NCBI GenBank assembly: GCA_965214835.1
Contig: CBDCCK010000002.1
Location: 2,208,001-2,272,000 of the forward strand
Origin: Nitrosopumilaceae archaeon
Lineage (GTDB): Archaea > Thermoproteota > Nitrososphaeria > Nitrososphaerales > Nitrosopumilaceae
Length of the DNA stretch: 64,000 nucleotides
Reading direction: 5' to 3'
The position numbers and the translations under genes were made by a program. Position 1 is the first letter of the stretch. Each line of letters opens with the position of its first letter. Below the pieces are notes generated by a model. That model did not search any database. It was not told where the DNA came from and saw nothing but the letters and a program-made list of their open reading frames with translations. Below, one piece after another: positions 41,100-51,845 of the stretch.

Positions 41100-41810
41100 T
41101 CAAAACGGGACGTATTTTGTCGCCCCGTCGTCAGTCAGGCAGTGCGCCCTTCCAAGCGTGCTGTCCTTGATGATGTCGTACATGGACGGTATGTCCTTTT
41201 TTGTCCGATAGTTGCGCGTCGGGCGACTAAACTTGCCGTCGCTTGTAAATATCAGCACCTGCGGGACGTTTTTTGAAAGGAGCTCCAGTATGAGCGGCCC
41301 GTATTTTAGCCCCCAACGTCCAAAGTCGTTTATTATAACGGGCTGGTTGATCCTGTACCTCCTGATTATTGCAACCAGTAGCGCATAGTATGCTGTGGTC
41401 GACTTTGCCGTCGAAAGCGATTTTGGAATCATGATGTGGTTGTCCTCCATTTTCAGGAAGTCAAGCCCGCCATCCCCGTGCTCCAGGATCATCTTGTTGA
41501 ATATGTCGTTTGCGTCCTTGGAAATCTCTGAAAACTCGCCAGTGAACTTCATTCCTACAAAATAGTCAAGCAGCTCGTGATAGTCTGGGTATTCGTCTAC
41601 AAACATGAATCTTAGATCACAGTTCCTCTCGTCGATCAGGTCAATCTCCATCCTTCCATCACGGCCATGCATAAAGTACGACTGCAGCTTGTAATACAGC
41701 GTCTGCCCCGTGCTGGTACCGTCGATTATAAAGTTGAGGTTTTTTGTATCATCTGTGGACAACTCGACCTCGTATTTTTCATAAATGTTCCTGATCGTCT
41801 TGATTTTCAA
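41100..41810 (-). CDS. Hypothetical protein resembling a degenerate SMC/DndD-type ATPase C-terminus
   Basis: PVIINDFGR...QVLIFTSD loosely resembles the Walker-B/H-loop region; AT-richer than the core genes. Confidence 0.45.
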   Translation of the reverse strand: MKIKTIRNIYEKYEVELSTDDTKNLNFIIDGTSTGQTLYYKLQSYFMHGRDGRMEIDLIDERNCDLRFMFVDEYPDYHELLDYFVGMKFTGEFSEISKDANDIFNKMILEHGDGGLDFLKMEDNHIMIPKSLSTAKSTTAYYALLVAIIRRYRINQPVIINDFGRWGLKYGPLILELLSKNVPQVLIFTSDGKFSRPTRNYRTKKDIPSMYDIIKDSTLGRAHCLTDDGATKYVPF

Positions 41811-42233
41811 TAGTCTTCCTCCCGGGGCATGAGGCGCCCAAGCCCGCCCGTCACGGACGCCTTGTCCGGCGGATCAGGCGCCCCTGCAGGACTGGCTGCC
41901 CCCTCAAAACCTGCCTTGATCTCGTGTGCGGCGTCGGTTCGCAATGCAGCCGGGGGAGGGCCTTCACAAGCATCTCTGCTGTCATCTGGGTTCTTTTTTG
42001 TTACTGTGCTGTGGGGTGCCGCAAGTAGCCTGGCACTGTGCCTGCTGGGGCTTGCATGGCCTGCCTCGTATCTGCCGCCGTCAGGTGGCATGCCGATGCG
42101 GTATTTCCTGCATGTCTCCATCATGCGCGTCTTTCCTCCAATGTGGCGCATGGCATATGCTTACTATTTTTACCCTTTGGAGCAGTCAGTCAGGGCAGAA
42201 AACATCTATACCGATCATGACAAGGTAACCCTG

Positions 42234-42791
42234 ATGGCTAGGACCCTAATAATACCTGACATTCACAACGGGCACATCACGGCAGAGGATATCATCCGGC
42301 GGGAGGATGCCGACAGGATAGTGTTTCTGGGGGACTATTTTGACTCTTTTGAGGAGACCGAGGATGACGTAAGCGGAACCGCCAAGTGGCTTGCCGGCTC
42401 TCTCCAGATGCCGGACAGGACGCACCTGGTGGGAAACCACGATCTAAACTACATGACAAACAATCCCAAGCTAAAGTGCTCTGGATTTGATGGACGCAAA
42501 AAGTTCCTCATAGACAGGCACGCCATACCGTGGGGAATGCTAAAGCCGTTTTGCTATGTGGGAAACTACCTGTGCACGCACGCCGGACTCAGCAGGCAGT
42601 TCTTTGAGGAGCACTCCAAGACGGGCCTAGCGGAGTTCTTATGCGAGTCTTATGAGGAGATGCGGCACATTGATGAGCCCGATTACAAGTTCAGGTTTCT
42701 TGAGGCAGGCATCTCGCGCGGCGGTACTGCCAAAAACGGCGGGATCGTCTGGTGTGACTATGACGAGTTCCAGGATATCAGTACTTCCTAG
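42234..42791 (+). pseudogene. Calcineurin-like metallophosphoesterase truncated by an ISH3-like element
   Basis: DIH, GDYFD, GNHD and THAG motifs; runs into the IS end at 42779. Confidence 0.8.
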
Positions 42792-44296
42792 ATGTACTTT
42801 TGCAGACCCGACACGGCACCTCCGCTACTTTCCGCGATCGTTTACAAACGAGTCGGCCGCATCGACAATGCACGCGACAAACAGCATCATGGTAAACCCC
42901 TTCCCTCCTGCAAATCCGTCCCACTTGGATTCCACGTCTATGAACACGGCAGTCCTCCACAGGTTGTACAGTATGACAGACATATAGAACAGCAGCAGCC
43001 TGACTGCCGGGGAGTTGCTGCACGTCTTGCCCATTATCCCCTTGATCACCCTGAACCCGGTCTCGATTCCCCACCGACTGCGGTACTCCTCCGGTATCTG
43101 CTCAATGACTGCCTCTGCACTTTTAGCAGACATGTTGGTGGCAAAGACCCTGGTACCTGTCGGCTATGGTCTCTTTTGCCTTGTCCTTCTTTGCTGCTGC
43201 CGTGCCGTCCTTTTCTACCTCGTCCTTTTCCACAATGATCAGCCTGAATGTGGCGCTCTTGCCGTCCTTGTTGGTCATTGTATATTTTGATACCGCACCG
43301 CGTTCTCCGCGGTCATGCTCCTCTATTGCCGCCACTATCCTCCTGTTCTTGACGGCAGGCATGATGTAGCTGCCCGTGCTTGTTTCTGCAGCCCTCATGC
43401 AGTCCACGTTAAAGAACCCGCGGTCATACAGGAACGTCTTGATCCTCATCCCTGATCTGGACGCCTTGCGGATCATTTTAGGCACGAAATCGGCCAGTTT
43501 TGCCTCTTTTGGAAGCTGCAGCGAGGAAAGCACGAGGTCAGACCCGTCATCTGATCCTATTCCGTGCATGGTAATATGCGAGAGAAACGTCGACGTGCCG
43601 TTCTTGGGCTTTGACTTTCTGGTGATATCCTCCAGGCCCTTGCCATAGTATTCCACGTCGGTAACGTCCACTGCCACGATGTCCGTGTTGTGCAGCATGC
43701 CTGACCTGCGGGCGCACCTTACCGTATGCTGCAGCATGGAGCTGCACCACTTTTGCGCATCATCCAGGCTGACGCCCCGGATCGCCTTTAGGATCCAGTC
43801 CGGACTAGGCGTACGGCAACTATACGCGCCGCCCTTGGAGGCAGCCCCGTCGTCATGCTGCTGCCTGCTGCATTTTGAGGCCCGCCTGCGAAGGTGCGTC
43901 ACGGCAGATTCTGCAAACATCTTCCTCTCAGACATGAAATATAGAACGCGCAGTGCGTCGATGTGGTCATACACTGCGTTGCGACTCTTTGAGACGGCCA
44001 GCCCGAGCTTGGAAAACCGCCGTCGCAATGTTTTAAACTGTCTCGATGTTATGTCAAACTGGTGTGCAAACACGTCGTTTTGTGTTGGTATCATGATGAT
44101 GGTTGGCACACCACCTGATCTATTGTATGTGGTCACGTCCCCTTGCTAGCTAGGCACGAAGATCACAATCATTCATGCTAATTCATGCCTAACTGATGAT
44201 GGTAGGTGACCTCGTACGATCTATAGTATGATGGTCAAAAAATCTCGGCAAATTGCGTAATTATCGTGCCTGCAAAAGTACATCGAGGAACTACTG
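42779..44296 (-). mobile_element. ISH3-family (IS4-like) insertion sequence with a frameshifted transposase (44094-42825)
   Basis: 27-bp TIRs cagta(c/g)ttcct(a/c)gatgtacttttgcag; AVDVT, DRGF and YRSRWGIETGFR motifs; flanks do not match. Confidence 0.88.
44125..44217 (+). mobile_element. MITE family A copy nested in the ISH3 element
   Basis: 93 bp; flanks gatctatt / gatctata (7 of 8 match). Confidence 0.9.
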
Positions 44297-44897
44297 AAGT
44301 AGGTGAAGGGGTAAACTCATACAACTTATGCTCTTCACTATAGATAGCAAGGGGACGTGACCACGTACTCTTAATCCTCTCCTCATACTCCTTGATCCTC
44401 TTCTTGCCCGCGCCTTCTCCTTCCCGTACTGCTCGATCCTCTCCCACAGTCGTCGTATCAGCTCGGTCTCGGACTTTGCCATTACTCTTGTACGGGAATG
44501 GATCCCGGATCTAAATCAACCGGCTGAAAATACTTGCAGGTTTGATCAAATATTTTCAACGTTGTGAGGTACAGTCACGCGTGCACCGGCCCTGACTCGC
44601 CCCATTTGTAGTCCGTGCGCCGGGAGCATCACCGCTAATTTCGTTTATGCATAAGGTCTAAAGAAACTAGGCAGTTTTTACGTCATTTTTGGCAAATACG
44701 CATAAAGTCTACTGCAGTTTTTGTCGGCCAGACGTGTTCATAACTGCACGATACGAGGTTCTTGGTGGCCCAATGCATGTCATGTAGCGCTGCCGGCCTT
44801 GCATGCACGGCCAAAGTGATGTCGGAATTTTTTGATCCCGGCGATCCGGTCGATTACGCATAAGGCCTATATTTCACCTAGCGGATCAAGAGATCAC

Positions 44898-45790
44898 ATG
44901 ATGCACAAGACTGGCTCGGTGATGTGGCCCCACCTCTTCTATGTCGGCCCCGGAAAAACGGGATCGACTACGATGTACCACATCCTGAGTGGGATCCGTG
45001 GAATGTATGTTCCTCCCGTTAAGGGGTTGAATTACTTTTTGCGAGACATTACCAAGAAGGAATACTTTTCGTTTTACAAAGGCGTCAAAGACGAGAAGAT
45101 AATTGCCCACTCCTCGCAATGCTACTTTAGCAGTGCCGCGTGCCGGCGGATCCGCGCAGTCAGGCCTGACGCAAAGATCTTGATCACCCTGCGGGATCCC
45201 GTCGAGCAGTTGTTTTCGAGGTTCCTGCTTGAAACCATGACGACAAAGCTGATAAAAAACATCCACACCTTTACACAGTCAGTTGATCGCTTCACCAGCG
45301 ACGACTATGGCGCCCTGTGCCGCAACGACGTCGACAATGACCGCGATCTGCTGGATATCAAAAAGTCAAACAAGTACTATTACTCCGAGCCGCTGTCCGT
45401 GTGGATTTCTACCTTTGGGAGGCACAACGTCAAGGTGATACTCCTCGAGGATCTGGTCGAAAACCCGAGGGATACGGTGGCCGGTCTGCTGGACTTTGTG
45501 GGGGGGGGTGTACTGCCGACCTTGACTCGTTTGCACTCGAGGTCCACAACCCATTCCACATACGCTCCCATGCGCTGTCCAAAATCATAGATTGCATACC
45601 GCTGTCATACCAGAAACGCATCCCATCTGGCATCAGGGGGTTTGCCACCAAAAAAATCTTGAGAAGGGCGGTGGAAAAACCGCAGATGAACCCGTCTGAC
45701 AGGCGCAGGCTGCAGGACTTTCTCCGGGATGATGTCTCTGAGACAGAAAGGATACTGGGACGCAGGCTTCCTTGGAAGAACTTCCGGTAG
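44898..45790 (+). pseudogene. Sulfotransferase, frameshifted at a G9 tract (45500-45508)
   Basis: PHLFYVGPGKTGST (PAPS loop), LRDPVEQLFS; C-terminus KPQM...ILGRRLPW lies in another frame. Confidence 0.8.
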
Positions 45791-45829
45791 TGCAGGGCGC
45801 CTGTGGACTGCCTTAAAGCACCACCCGAC

Positions 45830-46465
45830 TCATCTCACATGGACAAGATCCTTCAGGTTTCGCCTAGGCTTGGGGTACTTTTGCCTCTCCGGGTATCCTA
45901 TGCACAGCACAGATGACGGGACCAGATCCGTCCCGATCACGTCCATCACCTTTTGCTCGTCTAGCATGCCTATCCAAATGGAGCTTAGCCCCAGCGCCTG
46001 CGCTGCCAGCTGCGAATATCCAGCTGCCAGTGTCGCGTCCTGGATTGCGAATTTCTTCAGGATATACTCCGGAAAGTCGAACTTGACCCGTCTGGGATTC
46101 TTGCAGAACACCAGGACAATCGGGGCATTGACATATTTTTGATTGTTGCATGCCCCTATCAGCCGCTCCTTCTTTTTTGGATCCTTGACGTAAAAAATCT
46201 CGAATCCCTGAAAGTTTCCCGCAGTCGGCGCGGTGTCTGCAGCTGCAATTATCTTGTCCACCTTCGAGGCCTCCACCGGCCTGTCCTTGAACTTCCTGGT
46301 GGAGCGTCTTTTTCCCATCACTGCAAAAATGTCGGTGTCTGTGACCTCCGTTGGCGCCGATTTTAGGATGGCATCCAGCAGCTGGTTTCTGACCCCCGGA
46401 TCACTTTTGATCTTTTGTGCCGGCTCGTATCCTAGCGGATAGATTTCCCCCTGTCCGTCCTCCAC
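45830..46465 (-). CDS. Nitroreductase family protein
   Basis: RRSTRKF, APTAGNFQ, GLSSIWIG, IGYP. Confidence 0.92.
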   Translation of the reverse strand: MEDGQGEIYPLGYEPAQKIKSDPGVRNQLLDAILKSAPTEVTDTDIFAVMGKRRSTRKFKDRPVEASKVDKIIAAADTAPTAGNFQGFEIFYVKDPKKKERLIGACNNQKYVNAPIVLVFCKNPRRVKFDFPEYILKKFAIQDATLAAGYSQLAAQALGLSSIWIGMLDEQKVMDVIGTDLVPSSVLCIGYPERQKYPKPRRNLKDLVHVR

Positions 46466-46512
46466 GCCTTTGGTGGCGTCCCGTCTGATTTAACCATTTT
46501 AGGCAGGCCTGG

Positions 46513-46605
46513 GTACGAGGTCACCTATCATCATCAGTTAGGCATGAATTAGCATGAATGATTGTGATCTTCGTGCCTAGCTAACAAGGGGACGTGACCA
46601 CATAC
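46513..46605 (-). mobile_element. MITE family A copy
   Basis: 93 bp; perfect 8-bp TSD aggcctgg. Confidence 0.92.
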
Positions 46606-46657
46606 AGGCCTGGCCGTTCATCCCAACTTTGAAATACCATTTCCTTTCAGGTGAGTC

Positions 46658-46894
46658 ATGACCGTCGGCTATGTATTGATCAACTGCGAGCTGGGCGCAG
46701 AGGAGGGCCTGATCGAGAAGATCAAAGAGATTCAGAGCGTAAAGGATGTCTTTGGGACGTTTGGCGCACATGACATCATGGTCAAGGTGGAAGCCGATCA
46801 CCTGGAAAAGCTCCGCGAGGTCATAACCTGGGAGATTCAAAAGCTGGACAAAATCCGCTCAACGGTCTCCCTTGTAAAAAAGGACGTTCAATGA
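46658..46894 (+). CDS. Lrp/AsnC ligand-binding domain protein
   Basis: YVLINCELG...TFGAHDIMVKVEA...IRST. Confidence 0.9.
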   Translation: MTVGYVLINCELGAEEGLIEKIKEIQSVKDVFGTFGAHDIMVKVEADHLEKLREVITWEIQKLDKIRSTVSLVKKDVQ

Positions 46895-47045
46895 TCCGGG
46901 AACAGCCGCCTGGTTTGTATCCTGTCCGGTTTTTGTGCCGTGTATTGCCATTTGCCAGGACGCAGCTGTGATGTTTAAGGCCTCGGGGTAATTGAGCAGA
47001 GTCAGATCCCGTGGAGGCCACAGGGACTGTACAAGTCCGTTGAAT

Positions 47046-47402
47046 CTAACCTTCGGGCTTTTCTGGCCCGTCTGTGCCCTCAGAGCCCTTGTTGTCCCCT
47101 CCCGGCCCCACCATGTCCCCTGGCCTTACCTTCTGATCCCATCCTCCCTTTATTCCCTTGATCAGGGAAATCACCCCTGCAATGATCAGTCCGATTACCA
47201 GCGCAAAAAACAGCGCCTTGTCAAATAACTCGGATTCACAACTGGTCTTTTGCGGAGGCCTGTCCTCAAAGTACTCATAACAGTCGCCAAACTCCTGTGA
47301 CTCGACTGTTGCAGAGTTATACTGGGAGCCAAATGCCCCTAGAACCAAAAACCCCGCAAAGATCAGGGCCACCCCGAGCAGCGTGAATCTGGTATCACTC
47401 AT
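47046..47402 (-). CDS. Two-TM membrane protein
   Basis: Two hydrophobic helices; WDQKVRPGDMVGPG tail. Confidence 0.7.
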   Translation of the reverse strand: MSDTRFTLLGVALIFAGFLVLGAFGSQYNSATVESQEFGDCYEYFEDRPPQKTSCESELFDKALFFALVIGLIIAGVISLIKGIKGGWDQKVRPGDMVGPGGDNKGSEGTDGPEKPEG

Positions 47403-47426
47403 GTCTCTGGTTTCAAATTACCGTAT

Positions 47427-47891
47427 TTACCTTTTGATTTTCTTTTTCTCCAGAATCACCCTGAGGTTATCCAGCGAACCCTCGTAGAACGCCCCCATAA
47501 ACGCCAAAAACCCTGTAAACTCCCCCTTGGTCATTTTCTTGCTGTTAAGATATGACTGCCAGGTAATCTTTGTCGAACCCCTGGATTTTTTCTCCAGCGA
47601 GATCGTTGCCACGTACGCCCTTAGGGGCAGTCCTGATACTGCGATATACGAAAATGACTCCCCGCTGTCCCATGCCACTATGTGCTCCTCGATCCTGTTT
47701 CCGTCATCAAACGTCAGATCCCTTACTGCGCCAATGCCGCGCCTGACCCCGGCCTTGAGCCTGCAGCTTTTCACACCGATTACCCACCCAGGCAGTCCCG
47801 CGATGTTGCTGACCTCACGCCAGACCCTGTCTTTTGGCGTTTTTATGACTGTTGATTTTTTTACGTGGCCAGAATGAAACGATTTTTGCAT
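47427..47891 (-). CDS. SRPBCC / polyketide cyclase-like protein
   Basis: VWREV...LPGW...GIGAVRDL...IEE START-fold pattern. Confidence 0.8.
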   Translation of the reverse strand: MQKSFHSGHVKKSTVIKTPKDRVWREVSNIAGLPGWVIGVKSCRLKAGVRRGIGAVRDLTFDDGNRIEEHIVAWDSGESFSYIAVSGLPLRAYVATISLEKKSRGSTKITWQSYLNSKKMTKGEFTGFLAFMGAFYEGSLDNLRVILEKKKIKR

Positions 47892-47939
47892 AAAAATTCC
47901 AGATTTTTAACAAGTTTTAAGTTTTACAAACACCGGTTC

Positions 47940-48030
47940 GTATGGGGCCACCTGCCCTTGGCCGGCCATGCACGAATTGCGTGCGGCTGTGATTTTCATG
48001 CCTGTCCCGTAAGGAGACGTGGCCTCATAC
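47940..48030 (-). mobile_element. Degenerate MITE family A copy
   Basis: gtatggggccacc...gtggcctcatac ends; 91 bp. Confidence 0.7.
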
Positions 48031-48263
48031 AAATTCTTGAATCTGTGAACCAATCTTGTGCATGGCAAGTGCGGTCTTTGTAGGTTTTAGCCTGCAGGAT
48101 CTGGAAAGGCAGTATGCAATTTCATCGGAGATCATGCTTCACAGCAGCAAGTCTGGCAGACAGAGAGCAAATCCCAGGTGCTTTGAGCATGGCAACAGCT
48201 GGATTTGCCATGCCATGGAAGTCGACGAAAAAACCCGGGATGCTGAAATGGCGTACTTGCAGC

Positions 48264-48392
48264 GGGGTTGTTGCCTAATTCCACTTGTTTGACCCAATCT
48301 GCACGTTTTTCTGAATTTCCGCCCTTTTGCACGCCTGATCATATGGCATCTCAACGGTTTTCATGAATTTCAATGAATTAGGCAACAACCCC
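48264..48392. mobile_element. MITE family B copy (129 bp)
   Basis: ggggttgttgcctaattc...gaattaggcaacaacccc. Confidence 0.9.
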
Positions 48393-48493
48393 AGTATTAC
48401 AGGACGGTGTCGTTTGCCCACCTTTGCATGTACAAGTACATTTACAGATCGCCGGTCAAAGCCCTCAATCACTTGTGACCGTTGCTATAAAAG

Positions 48494-48763
48494 CTATGGC
48501 GCGGTTTCAGTGACGATTACCTGGACCCCGATGTCCGGACAGCCAAGTGATTTGTACTGATCTACCAATGTGTTCCAGCGGTGGTCATAGGCAATGTTGT
48601 CACCTGGCCAGGGCTCAAATACCATGGCGTTAAGCTCGGCTATCAGGCTGAAGCAGTGCTCTATCTGGATTGACTGGTAGCCGATTATGACTGCCATTGC
48701 AACCATGGCCGCTGCGACTCCGGCTGTCATTATACGCGCCTTGCTTCGCCCGCCAAGCTCCAT
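48494..48763 (-). CDS. Small membrane-anchored hypothetical protein
   Basis: N-terminal TM segment and two Cys. Confidence 0.45.
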   Translation of the reverse strand: MELGGRSKARIMTAGVAAAMVAMAVIIGYQSIQIEHCFSLIAELNAMVFEPWPGDNIAYDHRWNTLVDQYKSLGCPDIGVQVIVTETAP

Positions 48764-49291
48764 GACGGCTCGTCAGTGACCAGCCCTAATTTTTGCTCCG
48801 GTTTCAGGCTGCAGTCATGGTGCAGGGAATGCAGGAAGTCATAGCGGCGTAATACGATGCAGGTATCGTTGATGGTTGGATTAGCATCTGAAACGGGTGT
48901 TGACGGGTACAGAAAACCAGCACATCCAGTCTTTGACCTGCGTGGATCCGTGCTTGGGAATACGCCGGTAGGTCCCGGGGTTTTTTTGCAGGTTTCTGAG
49001 GCATGCTGAATTCGGTCGCTGTCACGTTCAAGATGACACAAACTATCTGGCATGCCCATCCGGCTTGGCCACTGACAGGCGGGGATGAAGGCAGATCCGA
49101 CATGTGGCTCTGAGCTGCGTGCTGTAGTCAACTCATAAAAAAATAGATAGTTTTGACAATTGCTTTTGGCCCAAGGGTCTGGGATCAGGCAAACCGTACG
49201 CACATGCATGGAAAAACAGACAGAATTCGCGACATCAGGGAGGCAGATTTCTGCCAGGCAAGGCACCCATGCCTTTGCAGGGCGTACCAGA

Positions 49292-49404
49292 CCGGCAAAA
49301 TGGAACGCGGCAGTCCGCCGTTGCGGTCAACTGAAAAGCGACTGGATGATGACTGCAGGGAACGTGCCGGCAAAATGGAACGCTGCAGTCCGCTACTGCG
49401 GTCA
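49292..49404. repeat. 38-bp direct repeat (49292-49329, 49367-49404; 4 mismatches) with a 37-bp interval
   Basis: ccggcaaaatggaacgc(g/t)gcagtccgc...tgcggtca occurs twice, period 75. Confidence 0.9.
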
Positions 49405-50470
49405 GCCCATCAGGTATTGGAACATCTTTACCGGAAGGATCTCACGCTTGGCAAACAGCTTCCGCACTGAACGCTCCATGTCATCAAGAGTATTGAATAT
49501 CCGGGCAGACAGCCTTCGCTTTATCTCCCTGTACCGTATCTCGACGGGGTTGAGCTCCGGCGTGTACGGCAGTGTGTACTCTAGCAGTATTTCACCGTCG
49601 TACTTTTCCAGCGTCTTTTTTACGCCGCCGGACTTGTGGTATGACGCATTGTACAGGAATATCAACACCTTGCCGTATCTTTCGTGCACCCTTTCTAAAA
49701 AGTCGCAAAAGCTGCCGGTGTTGGTCTTCTCATAGAACATAAAGTGGAATATGCCTGCTGCCAGCACGCCGAATATGTACCTGCGCTGCCGTGACAGGGA
49801 CGAGGGCGTCGTGAGGCGCCTGCCGCGCTTTGCCCACCCACGTTTGGGGCTGTTTGAGGTCTTTTGGATGGAGGACTCGTCCTCTGCCAGCACCGTATAC
49901 CCTTGTGCCGTCTTTTCCCTGATCAGCTTCTGTGCTGCCTCCTTGAACTCGTTTTGCTTGCGCTTTGAGGCGGCCTTTGGGTTCTTTGACCTTGATTTCC
50001 TCCAAGCGAACCCAAGCTCGTGTGCCAGCAGCCGCGTGCCGCTACTGCTGTACTGTATACCGAACTTTTTCTTGATGTGCCGCCTTATCAGGCGCAAGTC
50101 CCACAGGCTGCTCTCAAAGCCGCAGTCCCCGGGATCCGACTTGAGATCCGCGTCAAGCTGGCTCAGCTGCGACTCGCTCAGCTTGTGCTTGCGTCCCCTG
50201 CCTGCGCGCTCGTGTCTTGCGCGTATTCCCTCGTCCTGTGCGCGGTTGAGCCACCTGGATATGGTGGAAGCTGCCCGGTCGAGGTTCTTTGCTATCTGTT
50301 CCGTACCAAGGCCGTCCTTGCGCTGCATGTATGCAAGCAGCCCGTCGCGTTCCCTCTTGTCAGCTGCCCTCTTGTACGCCTCGTGCAGGTAGGAGCGACT
50401 CGTGTTTGGCAGGAACTCGTCTCCCGATGCCACGGATTCCTTTCTCTTTCTGTTCATGTACATTCGTATG
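49402..50470 (-). mobile_element. IS630-family transposase
   Basis: HTH and winged HTH, AEDESS, LYNASYH (DN changed to YN), LPYTPELNPVE. Confidence 0.88.
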
Positions 50471-50552
50471 CCTTGCCTGGTCTTAACCTTTGGATTAAAA
50501 ATAGTTGCCAAAGTTGTCCATTTTTTTATGTGTTGACTATATATGTAAAACC

Positions 50553-50600
50553 GGGGTTGTCGCCTAATTCCATTTATCTGGCCCAACCTGCACATTTTGT
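50553..50600. repeat. Half copy of MITE family B
   Basis: ggggttgtcgcctaattccatttatctggcccaacctgcac. Confidence 0.75.
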
Positions 50601-50800
50601 AGCAGGCCGGGTTCTAGAAGTCGTTCCTGATTCCAGGCGTGAATCTGCCTGATCGGGTTCAGCTGATTCGAAACCAGCAGACTCCGACTATTTGTGAGCG
50701 AATCTGCATAATGCGGCTCAGAATACCGGCAAAACACAGGTTACCTGCAAAATCGCCTGAAAGATTCGCATGGCTTCTGATTTCGGATCACCTCTCAGGA

Positions 50801-51148
50801 TTATGGCAGACTGGATTTAAACGTAGCATAGTTATTTTTTGCAGTGTTTAGCCACGAGGGATTGATTTTCCTCCCATTGACATACCTTGATTTTATGCTC
50901 AGATCATAGAGTTTTTTATAGGATCTGTATGATGATGGTGGAAGATTTTCTCTTACAAATTTGCTTCGCTCATGATGATTGGGCAGCTGTCCTGCCTGAT
51001 TTCTGGCATAATATGCATCCACTAGATGCAATGCAGAATAAAACAAACTTGTGATTTCCCAATCGACATAAACAGGCGTTTTCGTATTAAGAAAATCCGA
51101 CGCTTCTTTATTGTGAGTGCTTTGCACTGCGTGCCAGTTTAGGGGCAT
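50801..51148 (-). CDS. HEPN-domain protein
   Basis: DWEITSLFYSALH...NHHER...LYDLSIKSRY pattern. Confidence 0.65.
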   Translation of the reverse strand: MPLNWHAVQSTHNKEASDFLNTKTPVYVDWEITSLFYSALHLVDAYYARNQAGQLPNHHERSKFVRENLPPSSYRSYKKLYDLSIKSRYVNGRKINPSWLNTAKNNYATFKSSLP

Positions 51149-51489
51149 GCTCGGGGTTTTTGCAGTATGGTCTTTGCGCCGTGCAAATGCCTCTCTTCTA
51201 ATTCCGAGCCATGTAGGATCCAGGGCTCAAACTCGTATTTTGGCAGAACGTTTTCTAATCTGATCAGCTCTTCCTCTATCTGATCAAACATGCCTTCATG
51301 ATCCTGACTATCATACACTATTATCAAAATCAGCTTGTTACCGCTCTGCCTGTATGAGATCGTCCTGACAGGCTCAATTTTACTGAACAGCTCGCAGATC
51401 AGCCTCTTTATTACCTCGATTTCTGGCGATGTGTTCTTTTTTGTAGATTCAAACCTGTCTTGAATATCATGTGATTGGACTGCATTCAT
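51139..51489 (-). CDS. Putative minimal nucleotidyltransferase-like partner of the HEPN protein
   Basis: Overlaps the HEPN start; alpha/beta pattern similar to MNT but without a clear GS motif. Confidence 0.45.
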   Translation of the reverse strand: MNAVQSHDIQDRFESTKKNTSPEIEVIKRLICELFSKIEPVRTISYRQSGNKLILIIVYDSQDHEGMFDQIEEELIRLENVLPKYEFEPWILHGSELEERHLHGAKTILQKPRACP

Positions 51490-51518
51490 AAAGCGTAATC
51501 TTCGATCAACGATAAATT

Positions 51519-51845
51519 CTACGAATTTTTCAAGTATTGGCATATTTTCTGCAACTGTCTGTCGAATATTTTTTTAACTTCGTATTCCTGATCTGCCGTA
51601 ATGTTGGTTTCAGGATATGCCTGTCCAAGCCACGGTTTGGGTATTCGTGGCGTGCCATATGCCTTGGCGTAGTCCGTTGCGCCTGTCATGGAATCCGGAG
51701 AAAGGTCTGCCACGGCCACTCGGAAAGCCATATGTGCACGTTTTGGAATACGTCGTCTTGTTTGTGTCGTTGCTTTTGATTTGAATCCCTGTTCTAGCTT
51801 GCCTTCACTACTCGTTCTTATCACCTTGCAGTTTGTTGTACACAT
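51519..51845 (-). CDS. Hypothetical protein (start uncertain)
   Basis: Tightly packed in the AT-rich operon. Confidence 0.45.
   Translation of the reverse strand: MCTTNCKVIRTSSEGKLEQGFKSKATTQTRRRIPKRAHMAFRVAVADLSPDSMTGATDYAKAYGTPRIPKPWLGQAYPETNITADQEYEVKKIFDRQLQKICQYLKNS

Noticed and set aside
41829-42233. Long N-terminal extension of the phosphoesterase ORF and the opposite-strand 114-aa ORF
   Set aside because: No recognisable domain; the enzyme motifs begin at ATG 42234.
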